From NCBI GenBank assembly GCA_041640595.1, contig JBEPZY010000003.1:444342-508341 (forward strand): a stretch of 64,000 bases of DNA, given 5' to 3'. Made by a program: the position numbers and the translations under genes. The notes beneath the pieces were generated by a model. The model ran no database searches, was not told the DNA's origin, and worked only from the letters and a program-made list of their open reading frames with translations. Positions within the stretch are counted from its first letter, which is position 1; every line of letters starts with the position of its first letter. This document shows positions 49,686 through 60,393 of the stretch, in pieces. This stretch comes from Gemmatales bacterium. GTDB taxonomy: Bacteria; Planctomycetota; Planctomycetia; Gemmatales; HRBIN36.

Positions 49686-50228
49686 ATGCGCAAAAGCTGG
49701 CTCATGCTGGCCCTTTTCGGATGGTGCAGTTGGTGGACCGCTGCCTGGGCACAGGACTCCGTCGTGCCGGTGCAACCGGAAATTGTCCTGGTTGACCACC
49801 ATGCGGAAGCCAAACCCGCCCCAAGTGCCTGCGCTCCCAGTTGCGCCTGCCGGCCGACATTCTGTCTGCCACGAATTTCGCTTTCAGGCCTGTTCTGTCG
49901 GCTGCAACCCTCGTGTCAACCCTGTCCGCAGCCGTGTCCGCCTTCCTGTCCCAAAGTACACGCTGCTCCGTGCTGCGGTCACCACGTTCGGCCACTCTTC
50001 TGCCGCGAACCGCAGCCCTGCCCCAGGCCAGTAGTGCATTGCCATGTGCAGGCTCCCGTTTGCCATCAACCCTGTCCGAGTTCCTGCCACCCAAGCCTGC
50101 TCGAACGCCTGCACAATCTCCTCCGCCGCGATTGCTCCGCCCCCTGCTCCGCTACGTGTGCGCCAGTAACCCCGGCCCCTGCGAAATCCGAACCGGAAAA
50201 GGCTCCCCTTCCCAAACCAGCTAAGTAA
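49686..50228 (+). CDS. Secreted Cys/Pro-rich protein
   Basis: AAGGAG RBS; signal peptide; 21 Cys in 180 aa; own terminator. Confidence 0.75.
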   Translation: MRKSWLMLALFGWCSWWTAAWAQDSVVPVQPEIVLVDHHAEAKPAPSACAPSCACRPTFCLPRISLSGLFCRLQPSCQPCPQPCPPSCPKVHAAPCCGHHVRPLFCREPQPCPRPVVHCHVQAPVCHQPCPSSCHPSLLERLHNLLRRDCSAPCSATCAPVTPAPAKSEPEKAPLPKPAK

Positions 50229-50303
50229 CTATCTTACCCTGCTCATCTCGACCCGCTAAGCAACAACGCTCAACCTGCACTAACCAGACCGTTATTCGCT
50301 CAC

Positions 50304-50327
50304 GGGCGGTACCCACCGCCCTTTTTT
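50304..50327 (+). terminator. Intrinsic terminator
   Basis: GGGCGGT-accc-ACCGCCC-TTTTTT. Confidence 0.85.
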
Positions 50328-50462
50328 GTTTACCTTCGTCAGCCCACTAAATTAATTCCAGGCCGAACACGACCTTGCCGGTTTTCCTCGACGTGCCGAT
50401 TTTATTCAACTTATCGCTCCCCTAATGACGATTGGGTATTCGGGACAACCAGGGAGCGATTT

Positions 50463-51938
50463 ATGTTAGACTCCATTTCGTCCCTGCTCTTTTCAATGTC
50501 GTGCCAGCATTTAGTGCTTGCGGCACGCAGTAGATTTATTCTGCTAAGCTCAGCCGCTACGCTCTTAGTTTTCCTGCCCGTTGCCTGTATGACCTCTGAA
50601 GCTGTACACGTTTATATACCACCTGTCTCCAGCGAACCTGCGGCTGGCCGGGATCACATCTTGACCGCTTTTCCGCCAGCTGATAATGCGCCGCTTCCCC
50701 GCGACATAACGGATGCCGACGCTGCGCTTTTCAAAGGCCCGGAACTTACGTTATCGGAGTTAATTAGTGCCGTACTGACCCGCAATCCCACACTGACTGA
50801 AATGAATGCCGCCTGGCAAGCGGTCCTCGCTCGTGTTCCCCAAATCTCCGCCTACGACGATCCCATGTTCCGCGTAACCGTCGGCCCAGGCTCTATCAGT
50901 TCCGACACTGTAGATTTTGCATATCGTCTGGAAATCAGTCAGAAAATCCCTTTTCCTGGCAAACTAAGTCTGCGCTGGGAACAAGCCACCCGCGAAGCCG
51001 ACGCTGCTGCCAGCGACTACCTCGATGCTCGCTTGCAAATCATCGAGGCGACCTGCTTGCTTTATTATGAGTACTACCTCGTTCACCGTGCCCTCGAAGT
51101 CAATCAAGAGAACCTGAAACTTTTGCAGGAAGCCCGGCGCACCGCCGAAGCCCGCGTTCGTACGGGTCAGTCGCCGCAACAGGAATTGCTCCAGATCGAA
51201 GTTGAACTTGGCAAACAACGGGAGCGTGAACTTATACTCCGCCGCACACTCACCGTAACTAAAGCACGCATCAATGCCCTGCTCCATCGCCTGCCCGATG
51301 ATCCCTTACCCCCTCCGGTTTCTCAACTTGTCCCTGCGGCGGATCTGCCGCCTCTTGAACAACTCTATAGTTCCGCCCTGCTTTATCGTCCCGATCTAAA
51401 AGCAGCACGGCAACGTTTAGAAGCCGAGCAGCTTAGTCTGGCACTTGCTGAGCGAGAATATTATCCAGACTTAGAGGTCATGGCTGCTTACGATGCCTTT
51501 TGGCAGGAACGCCCTCTGCGTACCATGATCGGATTCGGTGTTAATCTTCCGGTGCAACTGAGTCGGCGTCGCGCTGCCCTTGCTGAAAGCCTGGCTCGTA
51601 TTACTCGACGCCAGGCCGAACTAAACCGCTTGACTGACCAGATCCATCTCCAGGTGCGTGATGCCTATACGCGAGTCGAGGAGAATTCCCAGCTTTTGCA
51701 ACTGTATGACAAGCAGCTTATCCCCGCCGCTCAGGCTAACGTTCGGGAAGCCGTTGCCGCCTATACTGCCGGTCGCATTCCCCTGCTGGGCCTGCTTGAA
51801 GCGCAACGTAATCTCGTACAGTTGCGCGACCGTTACTTTGAAATTTTCGCAGATTACTATCGCTCCAGGGCTTCTTTAGAGCGGGCCGTGGGCGCTCCGC
51901 TAATCCACGACGAGAAAGCAACCCATAATCATCCCTGA
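50463..51938 (+). CDS. TolC/CusC family outer-membrane factor
   Basis: RNPTL, SQKIPFPGKL, YYPDL and LLEAQR; start uncertain. Confidence 0.88.
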   Translation: MLDSISSLLFSMSCQHLVLAARSRFILLSSAATLLVFLPVACMTSEAVHVYIPPVSSEPAAGRDHILTAFPPADNAPLPRDITDADAALFKGPELTLSELISAVLTRNPTLTEMNAAWQAVLARVPQISAYDDPMFRVTVGPGSISSDTVDFAYRLEISQKIPFPGKLSLRWEQATREADAAASDYLDARLQIIEATCLLYYEYYLVHRALEVNQENLKLLQEARRTAEARVRTGQSPQQELLQIEVELGKQRERELILRRTLTVTKARINALLHRLPDDPLPPPVSQLVPAADLPPLEQLYSSALLYRPDLKAARQRLEAEQLSLALAEREYYPDLEVMAAYDAFWQERPLRTMIGFGVNLPVQLSRRRAALAESLARITRRQAELNRLTDQIHLQVRDAYTRVEENSQLLQLYDKQLIPAAQANVREAVAAYTAGRIPLLGLLEAQRNLVQLRDRYFEIFADYYRSRASLERAVGAPLIHDEKATHNHP

Positions 51939-51975
51939 CGAGTCCTTAGTGCCACGTCCTTCATCCGGTCGGGTT

Positions 51976-54900
51976 TCACTGCCGCGACAATCCATGTATA
52001 GATTCTGGCTCTAAATCTGCGTGTTGATCGCCTGCACTAAGTGTGTGCAGTTTCAGCCACCTTGCACGCCGAACCCAATAAAACCGCACCGGTAAGAATA
52101 TGTCAACCACTTCGTCGGCAATTAATAGCCCACCCAGAACCGGCAGCGCCATCGGCGCCAGGATTTCCCCGCCTACTCCTTGTGTAAACACCATCGGAAA
52201 AATGGCCAGAATGGATACGCCTTCGGTCAAAAGTTTCGGTCGCAGGCGGTGAGCCGCTCCTTCAATCACGGCCTCGCGCAATTCTTCCAGGGACTTGATT
52301 TTTTCCAAACCTCCACGCCTTTCTATAGCATCTCGCAGGTACACCAGCATAATAATCCCTGTTTCCGTTGCCATGCCGAAGCACGCAATGAATCCCACCC
52401 ATACCGCCACGCTGAAATTCATGGGCGGCGTGTTCCAACCATATAACAACTTCGGAAACAACCATAGCATAAAGACACCCCCGGCCAGCGCTTCCGGCAC
52501 CGCTAACATCATCAACGCAGCATCCACAGCATCCTTATAGGTGAAATACAGGATGATAAAGATTAGTGCAATCACCAGGGGAAAAGCGATTCGCAGCGTT
52601 TGAGCAGCACGCAACTGGTGCTCGAATTCTCCACTCCAGCTAATGGTTACTCCTTCCGGCAACATTACTTGCTGTGCTACTATCCGCTGTGCCTCCTCGA
52701 CAAACCCGACAATATCCCTGCCCCGCACGTTGAGCGTTACCGTATTGTAGAGCCGGCCATTTTCGCTCTTGATCATCACTGGCCCTTCCACAATTTTGAC
52801 CTCAGCCACCGCACCAAGAGGAATTACACTTGGCGCAGGAATCCCATGAGGTGGCACAGTACGATGCAAATCGCGGGACCCGCCTCCCTGTCCTTCGCTG
52901 GTTACTTCCGCAGTATTAGACATTTCTAAGCCGAAACTTAGGCCCATACCAGCATTACCTGCGCGGATCGGAATGTGTCGCAGGCTCTCCTCATCTTCCC
53001 GCCAGGCACGCGCCAGGCGCACTACCACAGCATAACGATTGCGCCCATCCACAATATAGGTGGATGGTCGGCTGCCCATAACGAGTTCGATCTCCCGTGC
53101 CACATCCTCGACACTCAAACCATAACGCGCCGCCCGCACCCGATCAATCTCCATTTCCACATAGCCTTTACCCACTATGGGACTAGCTATGACGTCGGCG
53201 GCTCCTGGAATTGGCTTCAGTACCGACTCTATCTCCCTGCATATCCGATCTATCGTTTCCAGATCCGGTCCGAATACCTTGATTCCGATATCCGTGCGAA
53301 CCCCCGTGGATAACATGTCAATGCGATTAATGATCGGCATGGTAAAGATATTACTCCACCCGGGCACCTGCAACACCCGTTGCATCTCATCCGCAACTAA
53401 GTCGCCATTTTTGCCACCTTGCCTCGGCCACAGCAAAACCCACTTTCTAAACGATTCCACAGCCGCTTGCTTAATCGCTATCAGCTTATCATGTGCAGGA
53501 TCGTTCCGGCCCGCTGCACTAATATCACCATCGCGTCCCATGCGAAAGTCCTGCACATGAAGATGTCCTGCATCCTGAGAAACAAGTCCCATCGGAGCAG
53601 CAAGGCGAAGCAATTCCTCAATTGCGTACCACGTAAAGATTTCTGTTCCCTGATCGAACAGCTCCCAGTTAACCCGTTCTACCTGCTCCCGCCAGGCTCT
53701 ATCCCTGAACGTGAGCAGATCAGCAAACACCAGATCAGCTAACCTCACTGGCCTGCCGGAAATCTCCTGCTTCAGCTGAACGAGGGCATACTCGAAGTGA
53801 TATTTAGTAAGCCAGCCAAGGGCCCCAGCCAACGTTAGATAGCCCGTGAGCACCACAGTAATAATCGGTACCCATACGTACCAGCGAAAAAAGATGAGCA
53901 GGCAGAGTCCTATAAACGCGACGACGGCGAGACCCGCAAAAAACTTAGTGGGTAACAATCGAAACGGATTAGCAATTGCCAGGGCGGTCGCTGGTTCCCC
54001 GACCAGGTCGCGCTGCACTAGATCATCCGCCACTCGTAACGCTAACCGATCTATATCCTCTATAGCCGGGTGCCGTGCCAACCAGATGCCATATTCTGAA
54101 GACAGCTCTTCTGTCAATTGCTCAACTAGCCGGTTCCGTATTTTCTCATCCGCTAGGTCTCTTGCGGAAAGGGCCATTCGGTCCAAAAGATCGTTCAGGC
54201 AATATTCAACAAGACGGTGTGACAAATAGTCCTCGAACTCGCGATATCGCAGCAGGGCCAGTTGCCGCATCGCTTCATCAAAGCGTTCGAGTGCCTTTTG
54301 CGTGGCCTCGTTAGTCAAGTCCTGCGTGTGCTTAGCATCGGCATCGCCGTGTAACAATCCGTGTTCCTGCAATAAGGATAAGATGTATTTGGTCTGCCGA
54401 TGGGCATCGTGAAATTTCAAGACCCGGTGGGGCCAGAACTGGCGAGGCCGAAAATTCACATAAGTTTCTACCATATCGAGCGGCGCAGGATCGGTAGGGG
54501 TATCGGCACGACCAGCCTTGCCAGCAACTGAGGCAACTTCCGGAAAACTTCGCAGCAACCCATCTCGGTGTTTGAGATCGTCAATCGCCTGGGTTATGCT
54601 GGCGCGGGGTACGGTGATCGGCATATCCATCAAGGTACCTTCATCCAGCGGCGGAATAAACTCAACACCGATCCGGTGCTTAGGGTCTATACTGTAAATC
54701 ACCAGGCCCACCAGAAGAAGTGTTATAAACGAAACACCCTGCCACAGCAGGCCTTCGGTGAATGCTACCGTAAGCAAGGTTACCACCAGGAACGTGGCAA
54801 GGAAGAAAATTCGCCAGGCAGTTTCGGAGGCTCCCAGTCCAAAAGTTGCCTGGACAGGAAAAACCCCCGCAGCCACGATCAACATTGCCGCAAACATCCA

Positions 54901-56529
54901 CATAACTAAATTCCGACGCGGCAACGCCCAGGTCAAAAAAGGTTTGTAGATGTTAATAAGACTCCGAACGATCCAGTTCTCTTCCTCGCTGCGTAGCCTT
55001 CCCTTGATAAAGATCGGTATAAGTGCAGGAACAACTGTTACGGAAATAATTGCTACGCCAACCATGGCAAAGCTTTTCGTGAAAGCTAGCGGTTGGAAAT
55101 ATTTACCTTCTCGACCACTAAGCAGGAAAACGGGAATGAAAGAGAGCAGCATAATAAGCACGGAGAAAAAGATTGGACGTCCAACCAGACGACAGGCCGC
55201 CAGGACGTATTCCGTAGTGTCACCGACTATCTTGCGATTGCCAAAGCGGTTACGCAATGTGTGTGTGGCGTTTTCCGTCATGACGATGGCCTGGTCAACT
55301 AAGACCCCTATCGAAATGGTGATACCTGCCAGGGACATAATATTCGCCTGGATATCCACGATGTTGAGCCTGCGCAGTATCCACATCGTCAGGAAAGAGA
55401 ACAAAACCGAAAGTGGCAACGTAACACAAATCACGAACACACTGCGCACATGCACAAGCACCAGCAAAATGGCCAGCGCGGCGATAAGCATTTCGTGCCA
55501 CATGACATCCGTGAGGGTATGAATCGCTCCCTCGATCAACTGAGTGCGGTCGTAAACCGGAACAATGCGCACACCCTCAGGTAAGCCCGGCTGTATTTCG
55601 CGGATTTTTTCCTTGATTGCCTCAGTTACTCGCAACGGATTCTCACGGTGCCGCATGAGTACGATCCCGCCAACCACTTCGCTACCGTTATACTCAAAAA
55701 CACTTCGACGCAGTCCGGTACCTATCTGCACGTTAGCCACCTGGCGAATATAGATAGGTACACCGTCCCGGTAAGCGACTATCGTGTTTTCGATGTCCTC
55801 TTTCCCTCGAATCCACCCGACGCCGCGGATCAGGTATTCGGCATTGTTTTTTTGTACCACATGGCTTCCAGCGGGCATGTTGGCTTTACTTAGTGCTACA
55901 TTTAGATCGCTCAGAGTCAGACCATAGAGGCGGAGCTTTTCCGAAACCACTTCCACCTGATACTCTAGAGGCGCACCACCTAGGGCTGCTACCTGAGCTA
56001 CTCCGGGCACGGAATTAATCTGGGGAATGACATAGAACTTATTGACGGCCCACAAAGTCCCAGGGTCCTGTGGATGCAACGGGCTGGGTACCAATGCATA
56101 GGCGAAGATTTGGCCGACGGCAGTTGCGTCGGGAGCCAGCTGCGGTACCACTCCCGGAGGCAGGATGGTACTGCCGCGTATTTCATCCAGTTTCTCAAGA
56201 ACCCGCTGCCGGGCGAAGTAAAAATCCACGCCATCCTCGAACACTATAGTGATCATAGAAAATCCAAACTCCGATGATGAACGAATCGCCCGCACACCTG
56301 CCAGTCCCTGTAGTTTTAGCGATAGTGGATAGGTGACCTGATCCTCGATTTCCCTGGGACTGCGACCTATCCATTCCGTAAAGACAATTACCTGATTCTC
56401 GCTAAGATCGGGAATGGCATCGATCGGGGTTTGCAGAACAGCATAGATAGCCCACACGGTGAGTACAGCCGCCACTAATAACACGATCACGCGGTTCCGT
56501 ATTGAGTATTCAATGACGCGTTCTATCAT
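51976..56529 (-). CDS. cusA: CusA/SilA-type heavy-metal RND permease with large insertions (1517 aa)
   Basis: DAIPDLSENQVIV, GRSPREIEDQVTYPL, DPAPLDMVET, PIINRIDMLSTG and RLRPKLLT. Confidence 0.9.
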   Translation of the reverse strand: MIERVIEYSIRNRVIVLLVAAVLTVWAIYAVLQTPIDAIPDLSENQVIVFTEWIGRSPREIEDQVTYPLSLKLQGLAGVRAIRSSSEFGFSMITIVFEDGVDFYFARQRVLEKLDEIRGSTILPPGVVPQLAPDATAVGQIFAYALVPSPLHPQDPGTLWAVNKFYVIPQINSVPGVAQVAALGGAPLEYQVEVVSEKLRLYGLTLSDLNVALSKANMPAGSHVVQKNNAEYLIRGVGWIRGKEDIENTIVAYRDGVPIYIRQVANVQIGTGLRRSVFEYNGSEVVGGIVLMRHRENPLRVTEAIKEKIREIQPGLPEGVRIVPVYDRTQLIEGAIHTLTDVMWHEMLIAALAILLVLVHVRSVFVICVTLPLSVLFSFLTMWILRRLNIVDIQANIMSLAGITISIGVLVDQAIVMTENATHTLRNRFGNRKIVGDTTEYVLAACRLVGRPIFFSVLIMLLSFIPVFLLSGREGKYFQPLAFTKSFAMVGVAIISVTVVPALIPIFIKGRLRSEEENWIVRSLINIYKPFLTWALPRRNLVMWMFAAMLIVAAGVFPVQATFGLGASETAWRIFFLATFLVVTLLTVAFTEGLLWQGVSFITLLLVGLVIYSIDPKHRIGVEFIPPLDEGTLMDMPITVPRASITQAIDDLKHRDGLLRSFPEVASVAGKAGRADTPTDPAPLDMVETYVNFRPRQFWPHRVLKFHDAHRQTKYILSLLQEHGLLHGDADAKHTQDLTNEATQKALERFDEAMRQLALLRYREFEDYLSHRLVEYCLNDLLDRMALSARDLADEKIRNRLVEQLTEELSSEYGIWLARHPAIEDIDRLALRVADDLVQRDLVGEPATALAIANPFRLLPTKFFAGLAVVAFIGLCLLIFFRWYVWVPIITVVLTGYLTLAGALGWLTKYHFEYALVQLKQEISGRPVRLADLVFADLLTFRDRAWREQVERVNWELFDQGTEIFTWYAIEELLRLAAPMGLVSQDAGHLHVQDFRMGRDGDISAAGRNDPAHDKLIAIKQAAVESFRKWVLLWPRQGGKNGDLVADEMQRVLQVPGWSNIFTMPIINRIDMLSTGVRTDIGIKVFGPDLETIDRICREIESVLKPIPGAADVIASPIVGKGYVEMEIDRVRAARYGLSVEDVAREIELVMGSRPSTYIVDGRNRYAVVVRLARAWREDEESLRHIPIRAGNAGMGLSFGLEMSNTAEVTSEGQGGGSRDLHRTVPPHGIPAPSVIPLGAVAEVKIVEGPVMIKSENGRLYNTVTLNVRGRDIVGFVEEAQRIVAQQVMLPEGVTISWSGEFEHQLRAAQTLRIAFPLVIALIFIILYFTYKDAVDAALMMLAVPEALAGGVFMLWLFPKLLYGWNTPPMNFSVAVWVGFIACFGMATETGIIMLVYLRDAIERRGGLEKIKSLEELREAVIEGAAHRLRPKLLTEGVSILAIFPMVFTQGVGGEILAPMALPVLGGLLIADEVVDIFLPVRFYWVRRARWLKLHTLSAGDQHADLEPESIHGLSRQ

Positions 56530-56560
56530 GGCTATCCTCCTGAGCGCGGCGATGAATTCA

Positions 56561-58432
56561 TCATGGTCGAGAACGCTGTTCCTGCTGGCGCAGTTTCCGA
56601 ACTGTGGCCACCGTTTGTTGTGGATGTTTGCGGGCTTCTTCCACGCAACCAGAGCAACATAAGAAGACCGGCTCTCCATCGAGGATGATCTTGACTGGTG
56701 GTCCCATACTGCCGAGGCGGTTCTGCTGCTGAATAGGACAGTAGCGCTGGCGAGCAGCTAATTCACGATCGGCCTGACGGGGTAGTTTCGCCAGGTTCGC
56801 GCGAATCCATGCTTCTTCGTCATGCGCGGATGAAATGTGAACGCTCTCCTGCTGGTGGTGGCGATGCTGCAGACCGGCGGCACCGAAATATAGAGATGCC
56901 GCAGCCGGATTCAGGCGGGTCTCCGCATCCAGCAGGAATGAGCCGGCGGTAACAATAAGATCATCAGCTTCTAAGCCTGCCAACACCGGGTAATAGCCAA
57001 CACCCTGTTCATCTTCCATGCGTGGCCCTAATTGCACTAATACGGCTTCATATAGTCCCGGGCCGATTTGCCGATACACTATCTTCTGGCGACCGGTGTC
57101 AATTACCGCTAATTCAGGGACAGCCAGTAAATAACCGTGATGCAGAAGCGTCAGGTTTCCAGCAGCCCAGATGGTCGAAGGAAGCGTTGTCAGTTCGGAT
57201 AAAGGGGCGGCTGGAACCATCGAGTCCAGGAGATTAGATACGGCCAGGATCAGGGCATTACGTACTGCGACATGCTGCTGGAGTAAAGGAATCTGCCGGG
57301 GCAGAATGTTTAGTTCCACGCGGGCCGAGGTTCCCGGCCGGAGCTTATGCTGAGGATTGGGAATTTCGTAGCGGACGCGTATGGTACGAGTGTTCCAATC
57401 CAAGTGTGGGTGAATAAAGGTAAGAAGACCGGCAAATCGCTCCTCGCCCGTAGCCTGAGTCGTCGCCACTACCGGCAGGGCAAGTTGGCGGGCTTTTTCC
57501 TGGCGATGGAATACCTCCTGGGGCGGCAGATAAACTAAATCCGTCTCGTAAACCTGCCCTTCAATCCACACTGTAGAAAGGTCGGCGACATCATAAATGG
57601 GAGCGCCTTCCTCGACATACTGGCCTTCCCTGACATAACGAGTAATTACATGGCCTTCTATAGGGGAACGGATTTTTAGATGGGTGATCGGCTGATCCTG
57701 GCGAAGAATAGCGGCGATCTGATCCTCGTCAATGCCCCAGAGGCGGAGTCGCTCGAAGGCAGTCTGATAGAGGAATTGATTGCCGCTGCGTTTGGCTTCT
57801 AACAGGTTTTGTGAGGTAACGATTAACTCCGGGCTATAGAGCAATGCCAGGTCGTCGCCGGCGTGAACCATCTGTCCGGTCTGGTTAATATAGAGCTTAT
57901 CAAGACGGCCCTTGACGCGGGCGGCAATCTGTCGGAGCGCACGTTCATCGAATTCGACATAACCGAGGGTGGTAATAGTTTTATTCAGGCGGATATAGGC
58001 AACGGGCCAGGTGCGAATGCCGGCGAGGATGACACGATAAGGCGAGAGTTGCACCCGACTCAGCACCCCGGGCGGCAGGGGTTCGGGTAAGTGAAGACTC
58101 TTTTTGCGTCGGGCCAGGGGCATGTGACAGATAGGACATTCGCCGGGTTGATCGCGAACCACGTTCGGATGCATAGGGCAAAACCATTCCTGCTCGGCTG
58201 CGGTGTCCGCAACTGCGGGAGACGGGCGCGTCCATTTGCGATAGTACCCGACCAGGACATCCCAGTAAATGATCACCACGCCGATCAAAATCAGGAGCAA
58301 AATGAACCGGAGCCGGGCAAGGTTGACGAGCAAGACAAACTGAAGCCAGTACCGCCAACCCCGGCGAGGCGGTTGATCAGCTGGCATAGGATGCTGCACA
58401 GGTTGCAAAGGTTGCGAGAATGTGTCGGACAT
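56561..58432 (-). CDS. cusB: CusB-type periplasmic adaptor with an N-terminal CPMHP metal-binding domain and a C-terminal YHS/TRASH-like domain
   Basis: CPMHP...CPICHMPL, IADL/VADLSTVW-type motif, and CPI...LGSMG...LCCSGC. Confidence 0.88.
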   Translation of the reverse strand: MSDTFSQPLQPVQHPMPADQPPRRGWRYWLQFVLLVNLARLRFILLLILIGVVIIYWDVLVGYYRKWTRPSPAVADTAAEQEWFCPMHPNVVRDQPGECPICHMPLARRKKSLHLPEPLPPGVLSRVQLSPYRVILAGIRTWPVAYIRLNKTITTLGYVEFDERALRQIAARVKGRLDKLYINQTGQMVHAGDDLALLYSPELIVTSQNLLEAKRSGNQFLYQTAFERLRLWGIDEDQIAAILRQDQPITHLKIRSPIEGHVITRYVREGQYVEEGAPIYDVADLSTVWIEGQVYETDLVYLPPQEVFHRQEKARQLALPVVATTQATGEERFAGLLTFIHPHLDWNTRTIRVRYEIPNPQHKLRPGTSARVELNILPRQIPLLQQHVAVRNALILAVSNLLDSMVPAAPLSELTTLPSTIWAAGNLTLLHHGYLLAVPELAVIDTGRQKIVYRQIGPGLYEAVLVQLGPRMEDEQGVGYYPVLAGLEADDLIVTAGSFLLDAETRLNPAAASLYFGAAGLQHRHHQQESVHISSAHDEEAWIRANLAKLPRQADRELAARQRYCPIQQQNRLGSMGPPVKIILDGEPVFLCCSGCVEEARKHPQQTVATVRKLRQQEQRSRP

Positions 58433-58630
58433 GGTATTTCTCCCGAAGAAGCGTCCTGCGGCTAAACGCCGTCAGGCATTCGGAGCAGTCAGGGGCTGGT
58501 GTTCACCATGCGGGCTGGTTACAGGCTGGACGGATGCCCCACGTGCATTTGTTTTGCTGATCACGCGCAGGCGAAACAGTCCACGCGCGAACGGCGGGTG
58601 GGCGGTGATTACCTAGTTCAACAAAATGGA

Positions 58631-59149
58631 CTACAGGCGGAGGAAATGTAACAGGAGGACGAGGGTTGTGCCAGGATGAACCGACTCCCTGGTTTCCAAT
58701 AACCAGGAGCCGGAAAGCATGTTTCCCGCGAGCCAGGGAGTGACACTTTCCGACCAGGACGAAGCAGCGGGTTCCTGGAGGGAGAAGAAATTTTTCGGAG
58801 CAAATCCCGCGGCCAGCACAACGTTTTTCAGGCACAGCGGGCGGGTCGGAAGCTGAACGGGTGCGGAGGAGCCAGTCTGGTCGGCGTCAGGCTGGCAGAG
58901 AGGACAGGCCCAGTGGGAAGACTTCGCCCTGGCAAGCGAAGCTGGCGGCAAGTCCTGGCAGCAAGCGTTGGGGCAGCAGCAACGCGGGGAACTGTCCACG
59001 GACTGAGCGATGGGGCGAGCGCTACCGTAGGGACAGAGGCAATGGAAACGTGGCCAGCTGCCCATCAGCGTCGCCACCACACTCAGGTACACGACAGCTA
59101 CGTGCAAGAGATTTTTCCGGCAACGCATCATCCCTATTATAGGGCACAA
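58631..59149 (-). CDS. Cys-rich hypothetical protein upstream of cusB
   Basis: N-terminal hydrophobic helix; CLC, CCC, CC and CPLC clusters; start uncertain. Confidence 0.55.
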   Translation of the reverse strand: MCPIIGMMRCRKNLLHVAVVYLSVVATLMGSWPRFHCLCPYGSARPIAQSVDSSPRCCCPNACCQDLPPASLARAKSSHWACPLCQPDADQTGSSAPVQLPTRPLCLKNVVLAAGFAPKNFFSLQEPAASSWSESVTPWLAGNMLSGSWLLETRESVHPGTTLVLLLHFLRL

Positions 59150-59204
59150 AATGCCCTTCCGGTGTGTCGATGCCGACCTGGAGCGGAAAATAAGAGAAAA
59201 GGGC

Positions 59205-59233
59205 TTGTCGGCAGGGAGCGACCTTCGTAGATT
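59205..59233 (+). promoter_or_regulatory. Sigma70-type promoter for the rpmJ/alpha operon
   Basis: TTGTCG-17 bp-TAGATT. Confidence 0.6.
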
Positions 59234-59319
59234 ATTTCGTCCGCGCTGGCAAAAAGGCCAAGCCGCGGCATTAGACGCGTGTGGATCAGCCGTGTGTGGC
59301 CAGTGCGGAGGAGATTGCC

Positions 59320-59433
59320 ATGAAGGTTCGAGCCAGCGTCAAACGCATGTGTGAGAATTGCAAGATTGTCCGCCGCAAAGGCGTGGTGCGCGTGATCTGC
59401 ACCAATCCACGCCACAAACAGCGGCAGGGATGA
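59320..59433 (+). CDS. rpmJ: 50S ribosomal protein L36 (zinc-binding form; absent from the ORF track)
   Basis: My translation: [47 protein letters not shown]. Confidence 0.97.
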   Translation: MKVRASVKRMCENCKIVRRKGVVRVICTNPRHKQRQG

Positions 59434-59489
59434 AGCCGGAACCGGCTAAGGGTACGCCGTGACCGATTGCCGGAGAGCGAGGAAAAATT

Positions 59490-59876
59490 ATGCCGCGTGT
59501 GCTAGGCGTTGACATTCCTGGAGAGAAGGCGCTGCACATCGCCTTACGGTACATTTATGGCATCGGGCCAACCACCGCACTGGAAGTGTGTGAAAAGGCG
59601 GGAATAGACCCGCTGCGCAAGGCCAAAGACCTCAACGACGACGAACTGAGTCGCATCAGCGGTATTATTGACCGCGAATATGTGGTGGAAGGTCAGTTGC
59701 GGCGGCAAATCCAGCAAAACATTGCCCGGTTGAAAGATATCCAGTGCTATCGGGGAATTCGCCATCGGCGCGGTTTGCCGGTGCGGGGCCAGCGTACCCG
59801 AACCAATGCACGCACCCGCAAAGGACCCCGGAAGACGGTTGCCGGGAAGAAAGGTGTCAAGGAATTGCGTGGCTAG
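59490..59876 (+). CDS. rpsM: 30S ribosomal protein S13
   Basis: YIYGIG and [19 protein letters not shown]. Confidence 0.98.
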   Translation: MPRVLGVDIPGEKALHIALRYIYGIGPTTALEVCEKAGIDPLRKAKDLNDDELSRISGIIDREYVVEGQLRRQIQQNIARLKDIQCYRGIRHRRGLPVRGQRTRTNARTRKGPRKTVAGKKGVKELRG

Positions 59877-59940
59877 CCGCTCCGGAAGCGCACCCCAGTA
59901 GCGGTCGCTTCGCTGGGATAAAAACTCTGGGAAGGGAGCC

Positions 59941-60321
59941 ATGGCCAAGGGAAAAAAGAAAAAGGCCAAACGTCACGTCACGCGAGGCATCGCCCATATC
60001 AAGGCGACTTTCAATAATACCATCGTCACCATCACTGACCCGAACGGTGATGTCGTCTGCTGGGCATCCGCAGGAACGGCTGGGTTTAAGGGGAGTCGCA
60101 AGAGTACGCCGTTCGCTGCCCAGCGTGCTGCCGAGATGGCTGCGGAAAAAGCCAAGAAGCTCGGCATGCGCGAACTGGAAGTGCGTGTCAAGGGAGCTGG
60201 GGCAGGACGAGAATCGGCGATTACCGCTCTGCAAACGGCTGGGCTGGAAATCAAAGCCATCGCGGATGTGACGCCGATTCCGCATAACGGTTGCCGACCT
60301 CCCAAACGCCGACGTGTATAA
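59941..60321 (+). CDS. rpsK: 30S ribosomal protein S11
   Basis: [16 protein letters not shown] and [13 protein letters not shown]. Confidence 0.98.
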   Translation: MAKGKKKKAKRHVTRGIAHIKATFNNTIVTITDPNGDVVCWASAGTAGFKGSRKSTPFAAQRAAEMAAEKAKKLGMRELEVRVKGAGAGRESAITALQTAGLEIKAIADVTPIPHNGCRPPKRRRV

Positions 60322-60393
60322 TATTGGCCGCCTTGCCGACACATAGCAAAACTGGGTGCGGCGACATTTTCGACAAACCAACAGGAAATCCGT

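Noticed and set aside
56530..56679. 50-aa N-terminal extension of CusA in the ORF track
   Set aside because: It overlaps cusB; MIERVIEYS at 56529 is the family-typical start and has an AGGAGG RBS
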